From NCBI GenBank assembly GCA_964016885.1, contig OZ024741.1, positions 362,824,001 through 362,888,000 of the forward strand: a stretch of 64,000 nt of DNA, in the 5' to 3' direction. The position numbers and the translations under genes are program-made. The DNA is from Eledone cirrhosa. Lineage: Eukaryota. Below the pieces are notes generated by a model. The model was not told the DNA's origin and did not search any database. It saw only the letters and a program-made list of their open reading frames with translations. This document shows, one piece after another, positions 1 to 64,000 of this stretch. The first letter of the stretch is position 1; every line of letters starts with the position of its first letter.

Positions 1-845
1 GGTCTAAAAATTTGTATAATATCTTTTCTTAATCTGTCTTGTGTATGGCTGTTCATATTGCTGGCTATTGCTAGGGCATCATCTCTGTATAGACGAAAGT
101 ATACAGATGGGTAAAGGTTGTCTAAAGTATTCAGTATCACATGTTTGCTCTGTCAAATGATTCCATGCTAATTTCAAAAGATCCACTTGGATAGGTCTTG
201 CTTTACCCATTCTGTGCATTCTTGTTGAAGAGCAGTGTTCTTCTCATGTGCATTGTATAAATATATATATATCATCATCATCATCATTTAGCATCTGTCT
301 TCCTCACCAAACCCATCCAAACCCCTCCACTATCACTCCTTAGTTATTCTCACCATTAGAGGTTACACAATCCTGCTTGCTTATCACCATTAGATGCAAC
401 AACACTTGTCTATACTGTGACAACATACTTATCGTCCGTCTTTTTTCACCCCATTGGGTAGGGAGGGCTCTACATTTGAGACAATGATCAACAACCCCTC
501 TAGTCCTGATGTCATGAAAAATACACCCAGTAAGGTAGTTGGCAAAAGGAAATGTATCTTGCTGTAAAAACCATGCCAAAATGGTTGAGAGGACTCTTCA
601 GTTGTATCACGAATGGAATAGCAACAACCCCACAATCTTGTGACTGAGGGCAAAAATATTATGACATATGTTAGAGAGAAGGAAAGAAAAATAGCATGGC
701 TCATAAGAAAGGACACACAAACAGATAAGTGTAGAGATGCAAATGAATTATACAAAGACCTAGGTAAATAAAAACACATGAAAGCTAGTGGAAAATTTAC
801 CTGAACATATATAAATACACCACAATCACAGATAATAATATTTAT

Positions 846-1036
846 AATAATTGTTTCTACTTTTGGCACAAGGTCAGCAATAATCCCAGTGTATTACTGG
901 GACTTTATTTTATCGACCCCGTAAGGATGAAAGGCAAAGTTAACCTCGGCTGGATTTGAACTCAGACCATAAAGGGCTGTAACTCTTTGCTGCAAAGCAT
1001 GGCATCCGACCTTCTACCGATACTTCCAATCCACCA
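846..1036 (-). mobile_element. tRNA-type SINE, family B (copies also at 19785-19973 +, 33399-33574 +)
   Basis: Reverse complement has B box gagttcaaatcc and shared body gcctttcatccttacggggtcgataaaataaagt...gtagaaacaatta. Confidence 0.75.
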
Positions 1037-1560
1037 AACATGCACATGCCAAACAAAGAAACTTGTGGAAGTAGCAATACACAGATACATGCGCATGGAA
1101 ATACATGTGTACACACCACATACACATCACAAAGAGAGAAAATTGTGGAAATAGAACAAAGAGAAGATGCAGAGGAACAGGGGGGGGGGGGTGTGCTGGA
1201 AGGCTCTTTACTATGGTAAGTTTTATAAGCAATATTTGTATGTCTTTGAGACAGCCAGTGTGAATGCATTTGAATGAGCATGCAGACAGCATAACTATGG
1301 TCTGACCACAGCTGTGAGCAGGCGTGTCTATACATTAACTGGCAATTGAGATCATAAAAATGGAAAAGCCCACAGTCAACTGGGTCAAAGACACTTTGAG
1401 AGCAGCCAGTTAGAATCTGTCCTTCACCGATAACAATGTATTTCATGTCTGAAATTATTGACTCAATTGTAACGAGTTAACACTATGTAGATCTATTTTA
1501 TTCCCTATTGTATAAATAATATTACAAATAAAAAAAAAAGAAAAGAAAAAACACAGAAGC

Positions 1561-4500
1561 GAGTAGCACACACATGTAGGACCACATACAACACATAATC
1601 AGATAATACACACATCTAGGACCACATACAACACAAGCAGGTAATACACACATCTAGGACCACATGCAACACATGAGGTAGCACACACATCTAGGACCAC
1701 ATACAACACACAGGCAGGTAATACATACATCTAGGACCACATACAATACATAAGCAGGTAATACAAACATCTAGGACCACATACAACACATAATCAAGTA
1801 ATACAAACATCTAGGACCACATACAACACATAATCAGGTAATACATACATCTAGGACCACATACAACACATAATCAGGTAATACATACATCTAGGACCAC
1901 ATACAACACATAATCAAGTAATACAAACATCTAGGACCACATACAACACATAATCAGGTAATACAAACATCTAGGACCACCTACAACACATAATCAGGTA
2001 ATACATACATCTAGGACCACATACAACACATAATCAGGTAATACAAACATCTAGGACCACATACAACACATAATCAGGTAATACATACATCTAGGACCAC
2101 ATACAACACATAATCAGGTAATACATACATCTAGAACCACATACAACACATAATCAGGTAATACATACATCTAGGACCACCTACAACACATAATCAGGTA
2201 ATACATACATCTAGGACCACATACAACACATAATCAGGTAATACATACATCTAGGACCACATACAACACATAATCAAGTAATACAAACATCTAGGACCAC
2301 ATACAACACATAATCAGGTAATACAAACATCTAGGACCACCTACAACACATAATCAGGTAATACATACATCTAGGACCACATACAACACATAATCAGGTA
2401 ATACAAACATCTAGGACCACATACAACACATAATCAGGTAATACATACATCTAGGACCACCTACAACACATAATCAGGTAATACATACATCTAGGACCAC
2501 ATACAACACATAATCAGGTAATACAAACATCTAGGACCACATACAACACATAATCAGGTAATACATACATCTAGGACCACCTACAACACATAATCAGGTA
2601 ATACAAACATCTAGGACCACATACAACACATAATCAGGTAATACATACATCTAGGACCACATACAACACATAATCAGGTAATACATACATCTAGGACCAC
2701 ATACAACACATAATCAGGTAATACATACATCTAGGACCACATACAACACATAATCAAGTAATACAAACATCTAGGACCACATACAACACATAATCAGGTA
2801 ATACAAACATCTAGGACCACCTACAACACATAATCAGGTAATACATACATCTAGGACCACATACAACACATAATCAGGTAATACAAACATCTAGGACCAC
2901 ATACAACACATAATCAGGTAATACAAACATCTAGGACCACCTACAACACATAATCAAGTAATACAAACATCTAGGACCACCTACAACACATAATCAGGTA
3001 ATACATACATCTAGGACCACATACAACACATAATCAGGTAATACAAACATCTAGGACCACATACAACACATAATCAGGTAATACATACATCTAGGACCAC
3101 CTACAACACATAATCAGGTAATACATACATCTAGGACCACATACAACACATAATCAGGTAATACATACATCTAGGACCACATACAACACATAATCAAGTA
3201 ATACAAACATCTAGGACCACATACAACACATAATCAGGTAATACAAACATCTAGGACCACCTACAACACATAATCAGGTAATACATACATCTAGGACCAC
3301 ATACAACACATAATCAGGTAATACATACATCTAGGACCACATACAACACATAATCAGGTAATACAAACATCTAGGACCACATACAACACATAATCAGGTA
3401 ATACATACATCTAGGACCACATACAACACATAATCAGGTAATACATACATCTAGGACCACATACAACACATAATCAGGTAATACATACATCTAGGACCAC
3501 ATACAACACATAATCAGGTAATACAAACATCTAGGACCACCTACAACACATAATCAGGTAATACAAACATCTAGGACCACATACAACACATAATCAGGTA
3601 ATACATACATCTAGGACCACATACAACACATAATCAGGTAATACAAACATCTAGGACCACCTACAACACATAATCAAGTAATACAAACATCTAGGACCAC
3701 CTACAACACATAATCAGGTAATACATACATCTAGGACCACATACAACACATAATCAGGTAATACAAACATCTAGGACCACATACAACACATAATCAAGTA
3801 ATACAAACATCTAGGACCACCTACAACACATAATCAGGTAATACATACATCTAGGACCACATACAACACATAATCAAGTAATACAAACATCTAGGACCAC
3901 ATACAACACATAATCAGGTAATACAAACATCTAGGACCACATACAACACATAATCAGGTAATACATACATCTAGGACCACATACAACACATAATCAGGTA
4001 ATACAAACATCTAGGACCACATACAACACATAATCAGGTAATACAAACATCTAGGACCACATACAACACATAATCAGGTAATACATACATCTAGGACCAC
4101 ATACAACACATAATCAGGTAATACAAACATCTAGGACCACTTACAACACATAATCAGGTAATACAAACATCTAGGACCACCTACAACACATAATCAGGTA
4201 ATACAAACATCTAGGACCACATACAACACATAATCAGGTAATACAAACATCTAGGACCACCTACAACACATAATCAGGTAATACATACATCTAGGACCAC
4301 ATACAACACATAATCAGGTAATACAAACATCTAGGACCACTTACAACACATAATCAGGTAATACAAACATCTAGGACCACCTACAACACATAATCAGGTA
4401 ATACATACATCTAGGACCACATACAACACATAATCAGGTAATACAAACATCTAGGACCACCTACAACACATAATCAGGTAATACATACATCTAGGACCAC

Positions 4501-5432
4501 ATACAACACATAATCAGGTAATAAAAACATCTAGGACCACATACAACACATAATCAGGTAATACATACATCTAGGACCACATACAACACATAATCAGGTA
4601 ATACATACATCTAGGACCACATACAACACATAATCAGGTAATACAAACATCTAGGGCCACCTACAACACATAATCAGGTAATACATACATCTAGGACCAC
4701 ATACAACACATAATCAGGTAATACAAACATCTAGGACCACATACAACACATAATCAGGTAATACATACATCTAGGACCACATACAACACATAATCAGGTA
4801 ATACAAACATCTAGGACCACATACAACACATAATCAGGTAATACAAACATCTAGGACCACATACAACACATAATCAGGTAATACATACATCTAGGACCAC
4901 ATACAACACATAATCAGGTAATACATACATCTAGGACCACATACAACACATAATCAGGTAATACAAACATCTAGGACCACATACAACACATAATCAGGTA
5001 ATACAAACATCTAGGACCACATACAACACATAATCAGGTAATACATACATCTAGGACCACATACAACACATAATCAGGTAATACAAACATCTAGGACCAC
5101 ATACAACACATAATCAGGTAATACATACATCTAGGACCACATACAACACATAATCAGGTAATACATACATCTAGGACCACATACAACACATAATCAGGTA
5201 ATACATACATCTAGGACCACATACAACACATAATCAGGTAATACATACATCTAGGACCACATACAACACATAATCAGGTAATACACGCATCTAGGACCAC
5301 TTACAACACACAAGGAGGTAATACATACAGCTGAGACCACATGCAATACATAAGCAGGTAATACATACATCTAGGACTGCATACAACACACAGGCAGGTA
5401 ATACATACATCTAGGACCACATACAACACACA
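1561..5432. repeat. 40-bp minisatellite, about 97 units (atacaacacataatcaggtaatacatacatctaggaccac)
   Basis: Direct tandem units, three recurrent variant positions, degenerate edge units. Confidence 0.98.
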
Positions 5433-6728
5433 TTATATCATGTGCTACGGGCGGCGCAAGAGCAATGGTCGGCCAACATAAGGGTTTCGTCACTCTTCTG
5501 AAGAGAGAAAATCTATCTGTATTTGCTGTTCATTGTGTCATTCATCGACAACACTTGGCTGCGAAGAAACTCAGCAAGCCGCTGAGCAAGTCCTTGCAAG
5601 TGGCCATTGATGTCATCAATTTTATCAAACGGCATTCCCTCAATGAACAAATTTTCCGGCAACTGGGCCAAGATAATGACTCGATGTGAGGCAAGACTGC
5701 GCCTACCTCACCAACATCTTCGACAAATGCAAATTGGCTTTGCAGAGGAAGATCACCTTGCAAGGATTGCTGTGAAAACATTACTGGCCAAATTGAATGT
5801 CGTTGAAAGGAATCTTTGTTGACGGGAATTCTATAATTTTCCTAGTGTCGCCAATGTTCAAAACATTGTAAGCGATGACCAACTCCAAATTTATACCACT
5901 CACCTCCATGCGCTTCAAGACAACATGAGAGAACGGTTTGTCGACCTTTTGCCGATGGACATCCCAATGTGGATAGCAGATCCCTTCATAGCTAACGTCG
6001 ACAATTTGGACGTTAATTTCAGGAAGAATTCATTGAACTTCAAGCAGATGACATGATCAAAATTAGATTTCCCAAAATAAGTGAACCCCTTTTTGGGATG
6101 CAAGAGAAAATTCAGCGTTGATTTCCACACCTACATGCAGAGGCTAAGAGATTTGCTCTGCCTTTTCCAAGCTCATATTTAGTTGAGAGGAGGTTTGGTG
6201 CTGTTTCCAGACTGCACAGTAAGTCTCGCAACTGCTACAATGTAATTACACGTGGAGATCTCTGGCTACATCTTATGAAAATTCAGTCTCACGTCAGAGT
6301 TAGCTAGACTCCATGAAGCTCAAGGGTCCCATTGAAATGAGGTCAAAGTTAAAGTAAGTTGATTTATCTGAAAACTTGGATATGCTATTGTTACAAAGCA
6401 AACTAACAATTTTTTTATTTGTACTTGCAGTCTGACTGGACTGGAAACCATCTACTTCAATTCACTTACTCATTTGTTGTATATATTTTACCATTTACTA
6501 ATAAATATACCCTCCCGCATGGTCATGAAAACCCTTTTCCGTGGTCTCTAAGCTCACAAAGCAGAGGGGACATCAAGTTAGATATCAACATTTATCCTGT
6601 CCATTTCATTAAAGGGAAAATTGGAAAGCTTTGAAATGATATAATTGCCACTTTCTTCCAGATAAGAGCACTCGTGATTTCAAGGGACAAAAGGGGGGTG
6701 TTTGGCCTAAATGGGTTGAGAACCTGTG
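5433..6728 (+). mobile_element. 5'-truncated, frameshifted hAT (Buster/Charlie-type) transposon relic
   Basis: IISCATGGARAMVG (CTDGA motif) and HCVIHRQHLAAK (CxxH), a dimerisation-region relic near 6160, and a hAT-like terminus gggttgagaacctgtg at about 6713-6728. Confidence 0.85.
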
Positions 6729-7057
6729 CTCTAAATGACACTTAAAACATTTAAAATATCAAAATATTAAAATTTTGTGAGAATTTCAAACCTGCACCAT
6801 CTAAATAATGTGTTGACTAATGTGTTTGGATTGTTGCCTATTTTTCAGATATAAAATAGCAGGTTGGCTTATATTCAGATAGACTTATATTCAAGTATAT
6901 ACTGTAGTTACCGAACTAATAATAACACTGAAATGAAACTTAACTGGTACATGTATTTTTATTAGCAACACAACAATCTCAAAGTATAACCATATATAAA
7001 CATGGACTGTGACTGTGTAGGACGTGCACAGACTGGTGAGAAATGAAGCAACCATGT

Positions 7058-7845
7058 TCTGTTGAATGTGCACTGTAAGTGTGAGAGGCAGCGCTTGGAT
7101 GAGTTGAAGGAGAAGCTGGATTTAAGAGGAATTGGAGTTGGAGAGAAGATTGTGTTGGTTTGGATGTGATGCGCAAGGACATTGATTGTTGGGTGAAGAA
7201 GTGTCAGTAGAAGGAAGTCAGTGTAGAGGTAGACCAACAAAGACCTGGGCAGTGGTTGTGAGAGCAGACCTCAAATCACTGAGACTTGCAGAAGCGATGA
7301 CAAAGGATCGAGGCATGTCATCGTGAGTCTCAGGGCCCAGATTCCCTCAGGGAAATGGCCTTGCTCATTGTGCAGAAAAGGAGTAGGTAGAAATTACATC
7401 CTATGCCCCAAATTATGGGTACACAAGAAATGCAATGGGATCTCAGGTAGGCTAGCAAATAACATAGGTTTTACATGTGGCCGATAGACAGGTGCAGTAA
7501 GTAGCAAAAGCTCACAGGATACAAACTCCTTCAAATGCCCAGAGGGCATTGTAGAAATAGTAGATAGTTTCTGTTGCCTGGGTGACCAAATTAGCAGAGT
7601 GAGAACAGGTTGGAGAAAGTTCAGGAAGTTATTACTGCTGCTAACTAAAAAAGGTTCTTCCCTCAAAATGAAAGGCAGATTGTATGATGCAAGTATATGA
7701 ACAGTTATGTTGCATAGTAGTGAGACCTGGGCACTGCATGCAGAGGACCTGCGAAGATTGGAAAGAAATCAAGCTTCCATGCTTCGATGGATGTGGAAAA
7801 GTAGCATGGAAAAATGGAAGTATGGATGTTAAACAGTGATGATGA
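7058..7845 (+). mobile_element. Degenerate, rearranged RTE LINE 3' fragments
   Basis: Homologous to the 25-29 kb element including the SGKWPC..CRKGVG PHD segment and the H.SETWAL segment; gatgat tail. Confidence 0.8.
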
Positions 7846-7905
7846 CACACACACACATATATATGTATATAAAAACACACATATATATATATAAACAAAC
7901 ACATA

Positions 7906-9195
7906 CGAGGGGGGATCAAAAGGTTCGCGTAATTTTTCAGAAAATAATCTATTTTTCAAAAAAATATGATTTACCTTCAATTTATTTTTCTACATAGTTG
8001 CCATCCAGGTCAATACACTTCACAAGGCGATGCTTCCAGCTTCGTAAGCCGTCTCTAAAGAAAGTTGAAGGCCTTGTTCGAAGCCATGTATTGGCAGTGT
8101 TTTAACTTCTTCAACACCACTAAAACAGGTTCCTTTTAGCATTTCTTTGAGTTTTGGAAAGAGGAAAAAGTCTGATGGGGCTAAATCTGGACTATAAGGC
8201 AGGTGAGGAAGCACTTCCCATCAAAATTCTCGAAGAACTTCTTTTGCAACCCGCGCAGAAACAAGATCCCACCATGAAGTTTCCCTTTCCGTTTCTTGAC
8301 TAATGCCTCTTTCAGCTTCCTTAAAACATTTGCATAGTAAGCTCCTATCACATTTCTTTGACCTTCAAGATAATCTATTAGTATCACCCCCATCTGAATT
8401 CCAGAAAATGGTGGCCATCACTTTTTTATCTGACTTTTGAGATTTGAACTTGATTGGCCCTGATGATCCACGTGGAAGCCACTGTTTTGACTGCTGTTTG
8501 GATTTAGGATCATACTGGTAGATCCAGGTTTCATCTCCGGTGATGATTCTGGTCAGGAAATGCTCTTCATCAACTTCAATTTTGTTTAATATCGCCAAAG
8601 ACAGATCACTTCGAAGAATCAGCTGATTAGGGCGCAACGCTTTTGGGACCCATCGCGCTGAAAGCTTGCTTAGTCCCAAATTATCATGCAGAATTGAATT
8701 TGCTGAACCATATGAAATGTCTAGGGGACTTAGCTAACTGATTAACTGTTATTCTTCGATCTTCTTCAATTAAAGTCTGAGCAGCCTCAACGTTTTGGTC
8801 ATTTGTTGATGTTCCTGGTCTTCCACTGCGATGGTTGTCTTCAAGGTCGTCTTTCCCTTGTTTGAATCGCTGAATCCACTTGTAAACAGCAATTTTCTTT
8901 GGAGCAGTGGTACTGTAAACTTTAACTAAAGCCTCCATAATCTGTATCTCTTTCCATTTGAGTTTCACCAGAAACTTGATATTCGATCTTATCTCAAAAT
9001 AACTATTTTCCATTGTTCCAAAAAGAGGTTTTTTAAAGAGTGTCAGTATTGTACAATAGTCCGCACATGACTGACTGCAAGTGACTAATAGCAAGGTAAA
9101 CACCCAGTGACAATGTTCTGACATGTTTAATATTGTTTTAACCTGATTTTTTTCTTGCTACGATAAAATTCCGTGAACTTTTTGATCCCCCCTCG
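7906..9195 (-). mobile_element. Full-length (1290 bp) mariner transposon with frameshifted transposase
   Basis: TA-flanked TIRs cgaggggggatcaaaa...ttttgatcccccctcg; ORF pieces with SGRP, SARWVP, ITGDETW, YSPDLAPSDFFLF. Confidence 0.95.
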
Positions 9196-10039
9196 TACAT
9201 TACTAAATCCCTCCATATTGCAGATTATTTTTTTTTTTTATGATTTGAACATTGTAGGCAATGTCTTTCATTAAAAATATGAAGACTTCTGTGTTGACAT
9301 TAGTGGTAGACACTTCCATTAGAAGTTGTTAAAGACTTAAGTATTAGTATCTATGGCTGATTGACTTTACTACTTACTTAGTATTTATTTTTTCTTATTT
9401 TTATTGTATGATTCATTTGTTTACTTTGCTAATTAGTATCTCTCAATCAATTCAGTATGAATCAATATTAAGAACTCTTCTTTGAAAGTAGGTTAAACTG
9501 CTGCACTGTTGTATTATTGTTGACTTCTCAGGTTAGAACAACAGCTAATAAGGTTAGAATTAAGATATGTTGAAAAGAGGTTGGCAGAAATTTCATAAGG
9601 TGCCCACAGTGTAACTTACTGATACGCAAGAGATATAGTGGGATCACAAGTGGACACAAGAATTAACCCTATTGTTATCAATCTGGTCAAAACTGGCTCT
9701 GGTTCTATGAAATAAAGTCACTCATTTTAAAGGTTTCCAATTTAAATTAAAAACTTCCAACATAATTTTATATAGGAACCTCATATTAACTTATTATCTT
9801 AGCAATGAAATAATCGATAATTTTAGTAAATCCCTCAAAATTATTCACTATTGAAACAGAATGTATTTCAATAGATATGCAGTCATGAAATAGTTAGGCA
9901 CTAAGAGCACGTGTGAAATAGATTCCCTCAAATACCAGGGAGCTCCCTAGAAATTGACAATTTTTGTTACTTGTGAAAACGAGGATTATCATTTTTTTAA
10001 ACAGCTTTGGTATTGTTAAGAAATATTTTTACCTCTAGG

Positions 10040-10469
10040 ATAGACAGTTAATCACACCTACAAAGATGTATCAGAATGACTTCTAGAGTGGGTCCAGCGA
10101 GTCTGAAAGGACATTGCTTACTCAGCACTTTTAGTTAGAATTTCTGGCGAAGAAAAACATTCCCACTCATCCACATCCTCCCTACAGCCTAGATCTAGCT
10201 CTGCGATTTCAACAGAGAAGAGGTAGAAATCAAAGTTGAAGGGCCATCAGGTTAGTACTATTGAAAACATACAAAATATTTTAACTGATGAGCTAAAGAC
10301 ATAGAAAATGACTTCCAGTACTGTATATGATCAATGGAAAAAAAATGCTGGAACCACTGTGTGACTTCCCAAGGGTTGTATTTGGAAGGAGGTAACTTGT
10401 AATTTCATGTACGCCTAATATACATTTTAATAAAATATCAGTACCCTTACTTTTGGGACAAACCTTGTA
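10040..10469 (+). mobile_element. Old mariner 3' relic
   Basis: HPPYSLDLAL (HPPYSPDLAP) at about 10174-10203 and TIR-like end ttttgggacaaaccttgta. Confidence 0.65.
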
Positions 10470-10884
10470 TGCAAGCAAGATGCAGGCCCCGTCTGAGAGG
10501 TTAATATCTCTTCTTCATTACTGACTCAGTCTGTGATGACCCATCCAATCCTTGCTAGCAGGCAAAACATGTTAAATGATGATGATGATGTTGATGAAAA
10601 TATATTTGATTCAAATTAATATTTATTTCTGTCGCACTAAATTTTATTTAAAAAAAAAATCTAATATTTCTTGATAAATATACATTGCTTAGATTTGGAA
10701 GATTCAGGGAAATGTTTTTATTTTGTTCTTTTATTCCATATATAATACACATCTTTATAAGGAAACAACTGTCATGTATGTGACAACCACTTTGTGCTAA
10801 CTTTGACAAGGACATTATTTAAACTCTGTGTTGACAAAATGTTCATTGGTCAAGCAGCAGCAATCTGTAGCTGCCCACTTTTGT

Positions 10885-11178
10885 ATCATCATCATCATCA
10901 CCGTTTTACGTCGTTCTTCCATGCTAGCATGGGTTAGATGGGTTGTCCTGTTGTGGGCAGTGTCTGGTCGGCTGACCATGCCTTGCTCATACAGGAGCTG
11001 ATTTTGGTTTGATTTCTACAGCTGGATGCCCTTCCTAACACCAACCTCATTTACAGTGAGTGCTGGGTGCTTTTTCCGTGGCGCCTACACGACCACTTTA
11101 CAGTGTGGGCTGGGTGCTTTTTTGCCGTGGCACCTCCACGACCACCTTGTATTGTCTATATGCTTCAGCTTGTACCCA
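10885..11178 (-). mobile_element. 5'-truncated copy of RTE LINE 3'UTR
   Basis: Near-identical to 25156-25455, (GAT)n tail. Confidence 0.85.
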
Positions 11179-11653
11179 TGTATATATCTTCAAACAATAA
11201 ATACATCTATCTGTTTGTTTATCTAACTGTCTATAATTGCTGATCCTTTTTTTTTTTTTTTATCTCTTTGAATTACAAAAATTAAATTCCAGCAAATTGA
11301 ATTTTTAAGACAATGAAATATATCTCTAATATATAATGTAAAGCAACCAATGTGTTGGTTGCTTGGTCTGAAGTCAGATATCACATTTAGCATCATATAG
11401 TGAGAGGAGTAGAGAGAGTAAAAGAGATACAGAATGAATTAACATAAATATATATGCCTTTTCTTAATTTCTTTTTTACCACTATATTTGAATGTGGGTA
11501 ATATAATGAATCATTTTAGCAAAATACAGGTGTAATGAATTCATTTATTTTTATTAATACATTTGCACATTTTTATTTTTTGTATCTACTGTTATGTACA
11601 GTGGCAAATGTATACTCTCAAAATTACCTGTTGTATGACAGGTAACACACTAG

Positions 11654-11955
11654 TATTTCGATTTCCATGTGTCTAACACACGTGGACATGCCCACAAAGT
11701 AAGAAAACAGCACAGTTCCCATGACTTTCGGAAACATTTTTTCACGCTCAGAGTTGCTGAAGCATGGAACAAACTACCTGCATCAGTTGTTAGCTGTCGA
11801 GACACTGCATCCTTTAAGGCCTCCATGCTTCCCGAGATCCGCCAACACTACAGCTAACACATACAAACATGTACTTCCCTGACATTTGTGTATTATTCTA
11901 TGTACTATATTGACGAGTTGTAGTGCACCTGAGCACTTTACACAATAATTTCATT

Positions 11956-11971
<16 letters not shown>
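11654..11971 (+). mobile_element. 5'-truncated CR1-type LINE 3' end with (TAT)n tail
   Basis: TRGHAHK...FFTLRVAEAWNKLP; near-identical to the reverse complement of 36514-36840. Confidence 0.88.
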
Positions 11972-12000
<29 letters not shown>

Positions 12001-12398
12001 TAAGAATGGAATCCCGAAGAGTATTAGGAAATAACCAATATGTTAATATGGAATAAGTATATTTATTTTATATAGAAATGACTTCTACAGGACTACAACT
12101 ATTTCATTCGCACAAAATCAGCCGAATGTAAAGTAGAAGTAAAGACCCCCTTTGGTTACGTTAAATGATAATATATACATACATTTATATACGCATCAAT
12201 GTTTTGGGAGTAGAATGGGTTAGTCTTTTTTCTTTTATATTTGTGGGAACAGAATGTTAAGAGTTTTACAGTTTAAAAACAAAATTAATATCTTTCAATC
12301 CTGTATGTTCAAAACCGCTTAAGATGCAGGTCCTATTTACATTTAAATCTGCATAATTGTGAATTGTAAATTACATTTCTTTTTTTATACTGTTTCAG

Positions 12399-63185
<50,787 letters not shown>

Positions 63186-64000
63186 GTAAGTATAATGAGC
63201 CTTGTTCTTTCCTTCTAGAATCAATTCTGTATTCTTTTACAAGTTTGTCATTAGACTGCAACCATGTTGGAGCAATGTTGGGGCACCACCTTGAAGAGAT
63301 TTAGTTAATATCGACCCAAGTACTTTTCTTTCAAGTATGGTACTTATTTTATCAATCTCTATTTGTCTGACTAAGTTATGGGGCATAAACAGTAAATGTA
63401 AACATTAACACAAGCAGACACGGGCACGCATATATATATATACATACATTTATATATATGATACAAAGCTGCTGATTTTAAGTTGTTCATATGTATTTAA
63501 ATTAACACCTCTTGTATCAAATTTAGAATAGATACACCTTATTGTAAAAGGCGATTAAAATGGTTGACCCCCATTATTTATTATTTTTAAAATTAATTGA
63601 AATACACAGCAAGTGTATTTCGTTAGTAAAATAGTCATGAAAGGTTTAAAAACTTTGGAAGGTAAATAGATTTTCACTGCTTGCATATTTGTCTTATTGT
63701 TAGGCAAACAAAAACTTTTGGGGGTTCAGTCCCACAGCGTGGCAGTTTAGGAAAGTGTCTTCTGCTATAGCCTTGGGTTGATCAATGAGTTGTGTGTGGA
63801 ATTTGGTAAATGGAAACTGAAAAAGCTTGCATGTTTGTGTTCCATAACATTGTGGTTTGATAAAATAAGTATAAAACTGGGGAGGGGGATATTAGGATCA
63901 ATATGATTGACTAAATCCCTTTAAAGTGGTGCCCCAGCATGACTGCTGTGTAATGAATGAAACTTGTAAAAGAATAAAAGAATCACATATGCTTCTATTC

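Noticed and set aside
340-1446. Minus-strand ORFs of 79-168 aa
   Set aside because: Low-complexity and SINE-derived translations without domain signal
1561-5432. CRISPR-like regular array
   Set aside because: No unique spacers, no cas genes, eukaryotic intron-rich context; it is a plain tandem repeat
11608-11641. Candidate UBR start exon (ATG...ACAG|gtaaca)
   Set aside because: Donor phase 1 does not fit the phase-0 acceptor at 12399 and the peptide is not UBR-like

Overview
AT-rich, repeat-dense animal genomic DNA; the (ATC/GAT)n-tailed tRNA-SINEs and RTE LINEs suggest a coleoid cephalopod, probably an octopus (inference). One + strand gene dominates: the UBR1/UBR2-type N-recognin E3 ubiquitin ligase. 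I reconstructed about 30 GT-AG exons by hand (12399-63185) with consistent phases, covering the UBR box, ClpS-like N-domain, helical scaffold and winged-helix region. The start exon was not found, and the RING and C-terminus lie beyond the window. The best signal is a pair of anciently duplicated 99-nt exons (34983-35081 and 39344-39442) that look mutually exclusive, joined by a long-range intronic RNA duplex anchored next to the facing splice sites. Also present: a donor-less recent copy of another exon, a loopless palindrome of two head-to-head 5S rRNA fragments, a TSD-bounded near-intact RTE LINE with an internal PHD finger and one stop codon, a 40-bp minisatellite fused to a hAT relic, a full-length mariner, and many SINEs and MITEs. 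Most short ORFs in the track are spurious.
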